From contig JASLVM010000004.1 in the NCBI GenBank assembly GCA_030741355.1, positions 1,889 to 65,888 on the forward strand: DNA of 64,000 nt, given 5' to 3'. The stretch's first letter is position 1; each line of letters opens with the position of its first letter. The notes under the pieces are model-generated. The model did not search any database, had not been told where the DNA came from, and was given only the letters and a program-made list of their open reading frames with translations. Below are positions 42,787 to 52,065 of this stretch, piece by piece. Both the position numbers and the translations under genes were made by a program. The stretch comes from Poseidonia sp. (GTDB taxonomy: Archaea > Thermoplasmatota > Poseidoniia > Poseidoniales > Poseidoniaceae).

Positions 42787-44696
42787 TGGACACCACCTCC
42801 CTCAAGGGCGCCCCAGGCAATCAATTGGGCCCGTGCTGCTTGAGTAAGCGAAAACTTGCGTGAGCGACCTACCTGTCGGACTTGGAGAATTCCATGTTTC
42901 AGTAATCGGTTGCTGATTTGTGAAAGCCTGGCTCTTTTGATGCGAAGGTGTTGAAGCATGGAGGAGTCAGAAGGAGAATAATCGCGCTCTTGAGCGATGG
43001 CGACCACGTAGCCCTCAGAAGGGTTCAGGGAACCAAGCACCAACGGATTGAGGCCGTGAATCTCTTTGGGCCCCTGACGCTCTTGAAAGCGCTCTTCAAA
43101 GAAAGCAACCAGAGCCTCGTGGGATGATGCATGAACGGACGGCTGCATCAAGGCCATCATGGCTTGAAGGGTATCAAGAACGGTGGCTTCCATCGCAGGA
43201 GCCTTGTATGAAACATCTTGAGCATCATCTGGCTCTTCAAATTCAACATGATGGTCATCGACGATGCCGCCCTCCACCATTCCGACTTCATCGTGGAGCA
43301 TAACGGCGGATTCTTCTTCGGGAACAGGATCGGCAGGCGATGGAGAAAGTAAATCCCCATCCACCCAGTACTGATTGCCGTCAAAGGAGGCCACCAACTC
43401 ATGTTGGCCTTCATCATCCTTGTTTTTTCGTTCCTCTGCACCTCGTACGGTGTCCTTACCACGTTGCGCAATCCCCCGAAACATTCCCGAGAGTTGGGTG
43501 GTGGATGAAGCAGCGACGGCGTCTGCATCGATGATTGGAGGATTGAACGGGCTTTCTTGGAGTGGGTCGTCTGAATTTTTTTCTTCGTCCAACCGGCCGA
43601 TGTCCAAATCAAAATTGAAGTCAGGGAAGGGGACATCGGGTTCTTCAGGAGCCTCCTCGTGAGTCCTGAGCGCTGGCCGTTCCGTCCAAGGCATTGAAGC
43701 GTCGATAACATCGGAAAGCGGCTCATCTTGTGCTGGCAGCTCCTCCAAGGACTCCAGACCGGCATGGCCGAATCCTTGTTCTTCTGGCTGTTCTTGCTCC
43801 AACTTCGCACCTTCATCCATCAGTTGGTGAAGCGAATCAGGCTCATCTCTTGGGAAGATCTTCGCCGAGGTATCAACGTACTGTACGGGCAAGCCCTCCG
43901 GGTTTTGCATTCGTATACCGTCGACTGTATCCCTCAGAACGGTGATGACTTGGGAGGGGAAACCGTCGCAATCTTCGAGGATTTCGGCTGCATCATGCAT
44001 CGAAAAATCACTGTCCATCACGCCCACGGAGGCCAAACGTTGCCGCACCAAGGAAAGAACATCATTTGCACTGAACGGCATCAAACGTTGGACTTCAAAC
44101 CCTTCAATCACGGTTTGAGGAAGATGATGACGTTCTTTGACATCGCAAACCAAGACCAAGAGCGCATTCAGGCGCTCCAATGACGAATGGGCGTCTCGTA
44201 AAGCGACCTCCAACACAGAGAGGTCACTGGCTGGTACGTCGATGACGATCATGGGTAGCTTGTTTGGATGACTGTACATCTCGTTCACAAGACCGTTGAC
44301 CAGTTCTGTTCGGTTTTTGGGTGGCTCTCCACCGATCATCTGCCGATAGCACATGCTCAGAAGGGCCGTGGCTGGTGCCTGGGCGGGCAGATGGTCAATG
44401 GTGGCTGAAGCGCCAGCATAGGGCATTAAACAGCGTGCAAGCGAGGTGCGACCCGATCCCAGAGGCCCGAGCAACATGACTTTACGAGCCGTGCCAAGTT
44501 GGAGATAGGTCTTCAGTCGAGTGAAGACTTCTGCCCTCCCGATGAGTTTTCCTGACTCTCCCGATTCAAGTGGACGGATAGAAAACGGATTCACATTCAA
44601 GGACGGTAAGCCGTAAGCATGCGTTTCTCGAACCATGGCCGTCAAACGATGTCCTGGTATATCATGTTTCAGCGGAACCGAGGCTTGGAGAGACAT
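42783..44696 (-). CDS. Divergent Orc1/Cdc6-like AAA+ protein with degenerate Walker motifs, acidic linker and C-terminal winged helix
   Basis: Walker A position reads GPLGSGRTS and Walker B position reads MIVIDVPASD. The Orc1-like lid is RLMPFSANDVLSLVRQRL, and the wHTH is RLSQISNRLLKHGILQVRQVGRSRKFSL. I prefer ATG at 44694-44696; the track start at 44753 is a TTG inside the TTAAC array. Confidence 0.6.
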   Translation of the reverse strand: MSLQASVPLKHDIPGHRLTAMVRETHAYGLPSLNVNPFSIRPLESGESGKLIGRAEVFTRLKTYLQLGTARKVMLLGPLGSGRTSLARCLMPYAGASATIDHLPAQAPATALLSMCYRQMIGGEPPKNRTELVNGLVNEMYSHPNKLPMIVIDVPASDLSVLEVALRDAHSSLERLNALLVLVCDVKERHHLPQTVIEGFEVQRLMPFSANDVLSLVRQRLASVGVMDSDFSMHDAAEILEDCDGFPSQVITVLRDTVDGIRMQNPEGLPVQYVDTSAKIFPRDEPDSLHQLMDEGAKLEQEQPEEQGFGHAGLESLEELPAQDEPLSDVIDASMPWTERPALRTHEEAPEEPDVPFPDFNFDLDIGRLDEEKNSDDPLQESPFNPPIIDADAVAASSTTQLSGMFRGIAQRGKDTVRGAEERKNKDDEGQHELVASFDGNQYWVDGDLLSPSPADPVPEEESAVMLHDEVGMVEGGIVDDHHVEFEEPDDAQDVSYKAPAMEATVLDTLQAMMALMQPSVHASSHEALVAFFEERFQERQGPKEIHGLNPLVLGSLNPSEGYVVAIAQERDYSPSDSSMLQHLRIKRARLSQISNRLLKHGILQVRQVGRSRKFSLTQAARAQLIAWGALEGGGVQ

Positions 44697-44742
44697 GTTA
44701 CGAGGCGTTAACCCGTCAGCCGCACGGAAGATTTCAGTGGAA

Positions 44743-44798
44743 TTAACGGCCAATTAACAGTAAATTAACGCGTTAACTGATGCGTTAATCCCGTTAAC
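44743..44798. repeat. Array of six (A/G)TTAA(C/T) boxes at 8-12 bp spacing in a divergent intergenic spacer
   Basis: TTAAC/TTAAT boxes begin at 44743, 44754, 44765, 44773, 44785 and 44794. A further GTTAAC lies at 44707-44712. All were read directly from the sequence. Confidence 0.85.
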
Positions 44799-44872
44799 GC
44801 CCACCAACCAACGACACCCGCACAGCGATTGATTCAAGGAACGCAGCCCCCACCCTCCACACGGGAAGCACC

Positions 44873-46171
44873 ATGCCGGTCGAGAACAGTCGGGTCAAAG
44901 GATTGTACAAATTGACCGTGGAGGAGCGCCGAAACCTTGTTGCAGATGCTGCAAATCTTACCGAGGAGCACCTTTCAGCCCTCTCTCAGCACGGAGAGTT
45001 GGATGAAACAGCCGCCGATCGAATGATTGAGAACGTGATTGGAACCATGTCCCTCCCCGTTGGCGTCGCAACCAACTTCGTCATCGACAAGAAGCACTAC
45101 CTCATCCCGTTTTGCTTGGAAGAATCAAGCGTTGTGGCCGCTGCATCCAACATGGCCAAGCGTTGCCTCTCCAATGGAGGATTTACCACGCAAAACGATG
45201 ATCCCATCATGATTGGACAGATTCAATTGCTCGACATCCAGGACATCGAGGGAGCCGAGCAAGCCATCCTTGCGGCCAAAGACGACCTGATGGCCTTCTG
45301 CAACGATGTCCCGTCGCGAATGATTTCGTTGGGAGGAGGTTGCAAGAACATCGAACTCAGGCAACTCTCCACCCCTCTTGGAACGATGCTCATTGCCCAT
45401 TTGCTCGTTGATTGCAGGGACGCCATGGGAGCCAACGCCGTCAACACGATGGCAGAACGGGTCGCACCACGACTGGAGGCGTTGAGTGGGGGGCGAGCCC
45501 ACCTCCGGATTCTTTCCAACCTCGCAGGCCACCGATTAGCACGGGTAAAAGCGACGTTTTCACCCGAAGAAATGTCCTCTGATGGAACGAAGGAAGACGG
45601 TTTAGCCGTCATCCAAGGCATCCTTGAAGCGCATGCTTTCGCCGTTGAGGACCCGTACCGGGCTGCAACACACAACAAGGGCATCATGAACGCCATCAGC
45701 AGCGTGGCGCTTGCCTGTGGCCAGGATTGGCGAGCCATTGAGGCGGGTTGCCACGCATGGACGACCATGGCAGATGGACGCTATACATCGATGTCAAGGT
45801 GGGAACGAGACGAAGATGGCAATCTCGTGGGCAGGATGGAACTCCCCATGGCCGTTGGCATTGTCGGAGGGGCCTCGAAGGTTCATCCTGCTGCCAAGGC
45901 TAACCTTGCCATCTTGGGCGTAGAGACTGCCCAGGAACTTGCCGGCATCATCCTCTGCGCCGGCCTCGCTCAGAACTTAGGCGCCCTTCGTGCGCTTTCA
46001 ACCAAGGGCATCCAAGCAGGCCACATGAAACTTCACGCCAAGAACATGGCCGTGAGCGCTGGTGCGGTGGGCGAGGAAGTTGAAGTGCTTGCAGCACGCC
46101 TCCAGGCCCACGATGGACACCGAACGCAAAGCCTTGTTGAGACGTGGCTTGATGAGATGCGAAGAGATTGA
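44873..46171 (+). CDS. hmgA: HMG-CoA reductase, class II
   Basis: ENVIGTMSLPVGVATNFVIDKKHYLIPFCLEESSVVAAASN and DAMGANAVNT blocks are typical of class II (NAD(P)H, bacterial-type) HMGR. Confidence 0.9.
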   Translation: MPVENSRVKGLYKLTVEERRNLVADAANLTEEHLSALSQHGELDETAADRMIENVIGTMSLPVGVATNFVIDKKHYLIPFCLEESSVVAAASNMAKRCLSNGGFTTQNDDPIMIGQIQLLDIQDIEGAEQAILAAKDDLMAFCNDVPSRMISLGGGCKNIELRQLSTPLGTMLIAHLLVDCRDAMGANAVNTMAERVAPRLEALSGGRAHLRILSNLAGHRLARVKATFSPEEMSSDGTKEDGLAVIQGILEAHAFAVEDPYRAATHNKGIMNAISSVALACGQDWRAIEAGCHAWTTMADGRYTSMSRWERDEDGNLVGRMELPMAVGIVGGASKVHPAAKANLAILGVETAQELAGIILCAGLAQNLGALRALSTKGIQAGHMKLHAKNMAVSAGAVGEEVEVLAARLQAHDGHRTQSLVETWLDEMRRD

Positions 46172-46173
46172 AC

Positions 46174-46785
46174 TCACTCTTCTTCTTGAACGGGAAGTGA
46201 AGATTGGACGGTTCCTGTTTCGTCGGCTTCTTCTCGGAGTATTTCTTTCCGGTCGCCCAACTCATCGAGCAGGCCACTGGATTGGACTTGCTCTCTGAAC
46301 CACGCCTTGACCTTCTTTCGGTCGGTGTGAGGACAACCAAAGGCTTCAGAAAAACGTCGGGTCGTGGCCAGGCGTCGTGTATTCCCGTCTTTCCTCCGGT
46401 CGATCATACCGTGCTGGGCAAGTTCACGAACGTAATCGTAAGCCTTCTGACCCAGCAATTCAACCAGCCGTGATTGGGGCATGGGCTGGTGGTAAGCAAT
46501 GAGGGCTGCAGCTTTGAGCAACTTGGGAGGCATGTCGGTCTTCGTCTCTCTCGGCAGGTGTTCTGCGATGCTTGGTTTCACCTCAAGGGCCCACCTATCG
46601 CCAACCTCTGCGAGTTGGAGTGCACCGCCTTTTCTCCGCTTCAACGTGGCCTGGAGCGACCCGAGACAATCCAACATTTCGTCTTCATCATAGCCCAAGA
46701 CTTTGGAAAGTTCATCCACGGACATGGATTTCCCGGAACTGAACAGGGTGGCTTCAATCAAGGATTCCAACGGTAATTCAGCCAT
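46174..46785 (-). CDS. scpB: Segregation and condensation protein B
   Basis: The start was trimmed to ATG 46783-46785 (MAELPLESLIEATLFSSGKSMSVDEL, classic ScpB N-terminus), preceded by GGAGGG. Tandem winged-helix pattern. It lies downstream of scpA. Confidence 0.8.
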   Translation of the reverse strand: MAELPLESLIEATLFSSGKSMSVDELSKVLGYDEDEMLDCLGSLQATLKRRKGGALQLAEVGDRWALEVKPSIAEHLPRETKTDMPPKLLKAAALIAYHQPMPQSRLVELLGQKAYDYVRELAQHGMIDRRKDGNTRRLATTRRFSEAFGCPHTDRKKVKAWFREQVQSSGLLDELGDRKEILREEADETGTVQSSLPVQEEE

Positions 46786-46795
46786 GTTCTCCCTC

Positions 46796-48019
46796 CTATT
46801 CCACCAACCAATCGTGTTCGTCAAGCATGTTTGCAGGAGAGGGGTTGACTTCCATCTCCTCCGATGAGTCGAGTTCCACCTTGGTCGCTTCCTTCGCAGC
46901 CTTAGCCTCCAATTTGGCTTGACGGCGAGCTGCACGTTCTTCAGCGACACGGGCCCGCTCGGCGATGGCTTCCATCCGGTGCTCTGAACCCGTGGTTTCA
47001 CCGTCCAAGGCTTCGGCGTCTTCTGCCATCAACGACTCCACCGCCTCCAAGACATCTTCAAACACTGAAAGTTGGGGCCAAAGGTCTTCGATCATGATGT
47101 TCTCAACGGCTTCACCATCCTGAGAAATGCTGGCCATACGACGATGTGTCAAAAATAGCCCTGCGATGAACGACGCCACAAAGGCCTCGCTTTGTGGGTC
47201 TTCAAGCGCCTCACCAAAGGTGGCTTTGAGCACGGGTTTGAGTTTTGCAATGACGGCCACCAAAGGAACGGTTGCTGAACCGGCTTCGGCGCACGTTGAC
47301 TTGAGGGCCATCCAGCAGCGCTCAATATCGCCTTCAAGATCTTCGTTGTGCATGCGGCCACCAACATTGTCGAGGTATTCGCTCAACTCACGTTCGTGCT
47401 CTTGTCGATTGATTTCCCGTTGTTTGAGGGCTTCGGCGTCGTCGGCTGCGTCCTTGAACGCAGAGAGTAATTCTGCCAAAGTGACCGGACGACCTTCGTC
47501 TCTTCGGACCCGCTCATCAAACAGCGATGACAACACATCATCGGCACCACCGTCCAAAACAGATTGGGTGAAGAAGAAGGCTTCGTCGTCGTATTCAGTT
47601 TCCCAACCAAAGCCGCCATCGTCCTCCCAAACCTCGTCTTCCACCGGTTGAATCTTGTCAAAGAGAACAGCTGATTGGTGATGCAGGACTTCCCAGGAAA
47701 GGCGAATAAGTCGCCCACAGGCTGGCAAATCGAGGTTTTCACCTTCCTTTACGCGCTGTGCGAAGACGTTCAAGAAGGCAGAAAGGTCAACGTCCCAAGG
47801 ATTGAATTCCTCTTCTCGAACCAAAGAGAGAACCAACGCCACCGAACGGTCAAAGGGGTCGTGAAGACTCTGGTGTTCTGCCTCTTCCGTGGCAGCGATG
47901 GCAGCAATCCGCTGTCCAAACTCAACGGCATCCTCTCGCTCCTCGCCTTGACCGAGGAGTTGGTCGATGACTTCCTGCTGGAGGAACCATCGATCGAGCA
48001 TGCTCTGTTGTTCTGCCAT
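46796..48019 (-). CDS. scpA: Segregation and condensation protein A (kleisin)
   Basis: It lies between smc and scpB. N-terminal LVREEEFNPWDVDLSAFL resembles the ScpA helical SMC-neck-binding motif. The protein is very acidic. ATG at 48017-48019. Confidence 0.7.
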   Translation of the reverse strand: MAEQQSMLDRWFLQQEVIDQLLGQGEEREDAVEFGQRIAAIAATEEAEHQSLHDPFDRSVALVLSLVREEEFNPWDVDLSAFLNVFAQRVKEGENLDLPACGRLIRLSWEVLHHQSAVLFDKIQPVEDEVWEDDGGFGWETEYDDEAFFFTQSVLDGGADDVLSSLFDERVRRDEGRPVTLAELLSAFKDAADDAEALKQREINRQEHERELSEYLDNVGGRMHNEDLEGDIERCWMALKSTCAEAGSATVPLVAVIAKLKPVLKATFGEALEDPQSEAFVASFIAGLFLTHRRMASISQDGEAVENIMIEDLWPQLSVFEDVLEAVESLMAEDAEALDGETTGSEHRMEAIAERARVAEERAARRQAKLEAKAAKEATKVELDSSEEMEVNPSPANMLDEHDWLVE

Positions 48020-48028
48020 CAATTCACC

Positions 48029-51000
48029 TCACTGTTCATCTGTTTCGACCGTTGTTTCCGGAACTTCGACGGCGTTTGCATCCTGTCCGTTCTCTTCTTC
48101 AGCAATTTTTGAGGCCACTTCGGCTCGCTCGTTGATGTCTTCCGTCAATTCCTGAGTGCGCTCCATCAAGCCACCCAACGGAGCCTCCGCAGTTGCGTCC
48201 TCATGCATGTGTGATAGCAAACCACCCAAACTTTTGGGAACTGAAAGCGGGTCAGGAACCGTCGGCATGTCTTCGGCCGCAGCAACAGCGTCCATGATGC
48301 GAGATTCATTCTTGGCAGCATCCTTCTGGGCCTCCTTGAGAGCCGCTTCACCCAAGGCGATGGCACGCTCTCTGTCAAAGTCAAGAATACGACGACTGCA
48401 ACCGTCGCCACCGTGAGTGATTCCAATGTGGTGGTCGGCGAGTTTGAGGGAAACCTTGCGAAGCGTGACCATGATGAATTGGGCTCGCTTGCTACGCTTT
48501 CGACACATCTTGGCGATACGCTCAGCGTTGTAGGCGTCCAAGTTTTGGTCAACCTCATCAAAGTAATAGAACGGACTTGGGTCGTAATCCTGAATAGCAA
48601 AGATCAGCGCCAAAGCCGCCATGGATTGCTCACCACCCGAAAGTTGCTGACGGCTTACCTTCGAGGATTTTCCACGTGGTTGAGCCCACAATTCCAAGCC
48701 GCCCTTGAACGGTTCATCGGGGTTTTCGAGGAAGAGTTCTCCCCGGCCACCGTCAGACAATTCATGGTAGGATTTCTTGAAGTTCTCATTGACCTTTTCG
48801 AGGACGTTGAGCAGCCGCTCCTTGCGCTGGGATTCGAGTTGTTCGGTGACCTCAATCAGGTGTTTTCGGCGAGACTGGAGGGTGGCGAATTCATCCTTCA
48901 TCAAATCGAGTCGCGCCTGACATTCATCGTACTGCTCGATGGCCATCATGTTGACGTTTCCGAAGTTGTCCATCTTGCGCTGCAACCCTCGGAGTTGTCG
49001 CTCCAATTCACCGACGTTCTTGAGGTCGTCAGGCAAATCCTCCAAAGAGAGGTCAGCCTGAATCAACTCCTGCGCCATCAATTGAACTTCAGCTTCTTTC
49101 TCGCTGATGGTTCGCATCAACTCTTCGGCAAGACGACGATGATTTTGCGCTTGGTTGAGGCGGTCCTCGTTGCGAACCCGAAGCGTTGCACGCTGGTCGC
49201 TCAATTCTTGTCGCTCTTGTTCAAGGCCTTGGTTTTCCTCCAAGTAAACGGCCTGCTCGTCTTTCTTGGCCTTCAGAGCCACCTTGTCGGTGGCCAACGT
49301 GGCCTCTAGTTCGTCAACTCGAATCATGCGGGCTTCTTTGCTCTCATGAAGCGTTTCCAACCGAAGTTGGGTCTCATCCACCCTTCGTTGAAGCACCGTT
49401 TGGTGAGTGGCGCCGCTGGCGATGATCTCCTCGGACTTTTCTTTCGCACCGGTCGCTTTCACGCGGAGAAGGTTGGCAGCATGCATGCGTTCACGAAGAT
49501 GCTCGGGGCTGGCTGCTTCCAAAGCGGACTTCGCTGCTTCGTGCGCTTCTTGGGCGCTGCTGAGTGTGCGGTCCGCTGCGTCGAGGGCTCGAATCGCTTC
49601 CTGGGCACTGAGGCGAACCTCGTCCAATTTGCCTTCCAAACCTGCGACGACGTCCATCGCTTTTCGATGTGCGAGCCCCACCTGCTTCTTTTCCGCTTTG
49701 AGTTCACGCAACTCCGTTGCATAAGTATCATCGACCATGGCGTTGATTTTGTTGCGGATGCTCTGCTGATTGGTTCTTGCCTCACGAAGGGCCTCGGAGA
49801 CTGTACGTTCCATCAAGTGGTATTTCTCCACCTCTGCAGTGTATTTCTCAACTTCAGTGGCGCCTTGGATTCGCCCTCCGAAGGAGATGTTCATTTTCCG
49901 CTTTGCACCACCGACCATGGCGCCACCGGATTCAATGACATCACCACGAAGCGTGACAAATCGTGTCCCACCCATGTGCTTGCGAGCGATGCTCATGTTT
50001 TCGACAATGAGTGTGTTGCGAAGTACAAAGCGTACGGCGACATCGATGCGAGGGTCGTAATCCAGCATTTCGTGGGCGAAGCCAAGAACGCCATCTTTCC
50101 TTGCGGTCATGACGGTTTTTCCTCCCGCACGAGAACTGGCGAGTTTGTTCAACGGCAGGAAGGTTGCTCGGCCAGCACGGTTTTCAGCCAGCCACCGAAT
50201 AGCATTGGCAGCATCTTGGTCGGTCTCCACAACCACCGAGGCCATACCTGCTCCGATAGCGGTGGCGAGCGAGACGTCGTGTGAACTGTCCTTTGGCGCA
50301 CACAGCTCAGCCACGGTTCCGATAATGCCTTGCAATTGTTGGTTATCTCGAGCGGCAAGAACGGCGCTCGCACCACCAGCCAAGCCTTTTGCACCAGACT
50401 TTTGCTCCATTTCTGCTTTGGCCAGAGAGAGTGAACGCTCTGCCTCTCGTAGTTTGATTTCAATACGCGTCCGGTCCTCGGCCAGTTGAGATTCTGCCCG
50501 TTGGGCTTCGTTCAATTGTTGCGCAAGCGATGCACGGTCGTATTCCGGGGCATCCTCGGCCATTTCTTGTAAGCGAATATCCAACTCGCCAAGAGCAAGT
50601 CGTATCTCCTCACTTTCTTGTTGAGCTTTGGCCAATTGGTCCCCAACCAAGTCCGCTTCCACAGCAAGTTTGTCAACGTCCGTTTGCGCTTCTTGGCGAT
50701 GTGATTCATGAGTTTGAACCACGCCCTCTGCGGATGCCAACGCATCCGTTAGGTGTTGGTTTTGTTCGCCAGCCGTGGCGAGAGCCGCTCTGATGCGCTG
50801 TTCTTCATCTTGAGCCTCTTGAAGTTCGTTCAGTGCTTCTGCAAGGGCCTCGTTGGCTGATTGAAGCCCAGTGATGAACGTCTCGAGTTCTTCCTTTGCT
50901 TCGTCGAGTTGCTGGGTGACAGTCAACGCTTCCTCGTCTTCTTCCTCTTCTTCCCGAGCCGCTTCCAGCAGTCGGTCGTTGTTGAGTTCGATCGCCACTT

Positions 51001-51931
51001 GAAGAGCCTGAATGGCTTGGCCCAACTCAGAGGTTTCTCCGCCGGTAAGCAGGTTGATCTCCTTTTGAATTTCTGCGATTTTATCATCGAGTTCCAACAG
51101 CGTCTTTTCGGTTGCTTTGTGGTCATCCAACAGGTCCTGGCTTTCATCGAGATACTTTTGGCGCTGCTCAATGTGGAACTTCAATTCGTTCTTCATGGTG
51201 GCATAGCGTGATTGAAGAAGCATGGCGTTGGTCATTTGAATCGCATCGCTGACCTCTTTGGCCTGTTGCGCAACATGACGTTCTTTCGCAAGAGTAGAGA
51301 GGCGTTCAAGTTGCTCTTTTTCGAGCAATCCGATGCGGTCAAGGTAATTTTCAACCATCTCTTTCTGTTTGTTGGCTTTGCGAATTTCATCATCGTAAGA
51401 GGTGACGCCAGCGACATTGTCCAAGACCTTGCGGCGTTCGTTTGCTGTCATCTTTGCGAGGCTGGTCACGTCGCCTTGGAGCACGATGTTGTAGCCGTCC
51501 GGACGTGCGTTTGCTGCGCCAAGAAGTCGGTGGAACACCTTCTGTGTGCTGTCTTCTCCGTTGAGTTTGTAGGTTGTAACCGGGTTGTTTGAGGCGGTCA
51601 AGCGAATGCTGCGAGACATTCGAATCTCTTCCTTGTCCAGTGGAAGACGGCGCCGGCCGTTGCTCATGACAGGGTTGGCAAAGACCAGGGTGACCGAGCA
51701 ATCACGGGCGGGTTTGGAATTCTTGCCGCCATTGAAGATGAGATCGGTGGAATTCTGGGCCCGAATGACCCGGTTAGATTTGGGCCCAAGAACGAATTGA
51801 ATCGCGTCGCCACAATTGGATTTACCCGAGCCATTTGGCCCGGTGATGGCGGTAAAACCGCGGTCCAGCGGGACGGTCACCTCGCCCTTGAACGATTTGA
51901 AATTCAGCACCTCAAGTGATTTCAGATACAT
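48029..51931 (-). CDS. smc: SMC chromosome segregation ATPase
   Basis: N-terminal FKSF...ITGPNGSGKSN, long coiled coils, a hinge (GIIGTVAELC...), signature LSGGEQS and Walker B FYYFDEVD are present. Confidence 0.95.
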   Translation of the reverse strand: MYLKSLEVLNFKSFKGEVTVPLDRGFTAITGPNGSGKSNCGDAIQFVLGPKSNRVIRAQNSTDLIFNGGKNSKPARDCSVTLVFANPVMSNGRRRLPLDKEEIRMSRSIRLTASNNPVTTYKLNGEDSTQKVFHRLLGAANARPDGYNIVLQGDVTSLAKMTANERRKVLDNVAGVTSYDDEIRKANKQKEMVENYLDRIGLLEKEQLERLSTLAKERHVAQQAKEVSDAIQMTNAMLLQSRYATMKNELKFHIEQRQKYLDESQDLLDDHKATEKTLLELDDKIAEIQKEINLLTGGETSELGQAIQALQVAIELNNDRLLEAAREEEEEDEEALTVTQQLDEAKEELETFITGLQSANEALAEALNELQEAQDEEQRIRAALATAGEQNQHLTDALASAEGVVQTHESHRQEAQTDVDKLAVEADLVGDQLAKAQQESEEIRLALGELDIRLQEMAEDAPEYDRASLAQQLNEAQRAESQLAEDRTRIEIKLREAERSLSLAKAEMEQKSGAKGLAGGASAVLAARDNQQLQGIIGTVAELCAPKDSSHDVSLATAIGAGMASVVVETDQDAANAIRWLAENRAGRATFLPLNKLASSRAGGKTVMTARKDGVLGFAHEMLDYDPRIDVAVRFVLRNTLIVENMSIARKHMGGTRFVTLRGDVIESGGAMVGGAKRKMNISFGGRIQGATEVEKYTAEVEKYHLMERTVSEALREARTNQQSIRNKINAMVDDTYATELRELKAEKKQVGLAHRKAMDVVAGLEGKLDEVRLSAQEAIRALDAADRTLSSAQEAHEAAKSALEAASPEHLRERMHAANLLRVKATGAKEKSEEIIASGATHQTVLQRRVDETQLRLETLHESKEARMIRVDELEATLATDKVALKAKKDEQAVYLEENQGLEQERQELSDQRATLRVRNEDRLNQAQNHRRLAEELMRTISEKEAEVQLMAQELIQADLSLEDLPDDLKNVGELERQLRGLQRKMDNFGNVNMMAIEQYDECQARLDLMKDEFATLQSRRKHLIEVTEQLESQRKERLLNVLEKVNENFKKSYHELSDGGRGELFLENPDEPFKGGLELWAQPRGKSSKVSRQQLSGGEQSMAALALIFAIQDYDPSPFYYFDEVDQNLDAYNAERIAKMCRKRSKRAQFIMVTLRKVSLKLADHHIGITHGGDGCSRRILDFDRERAIALGEAALKEAQKDAAKNESRIMDAVAAAEDMPTVPDPLSVPKSLGGLLSHMHEDATAEAPLGGLMERTQELTEDINERAEVASKIAEEENGQDANAVEVPETTVETDEQ

Positions 51932-52065
51932 CCCTATCCCTCCTGCAATGGAAGTTTCATTCCATCACTTTCTTGCCACCGGCGCTTTACAGGTTTTAAA
52001 CAATACGAAGAATCAAGGCTCAGTGCCTCGGTTTTCGGGACTCTCTTCGCTTCGCCGAAACGGCA

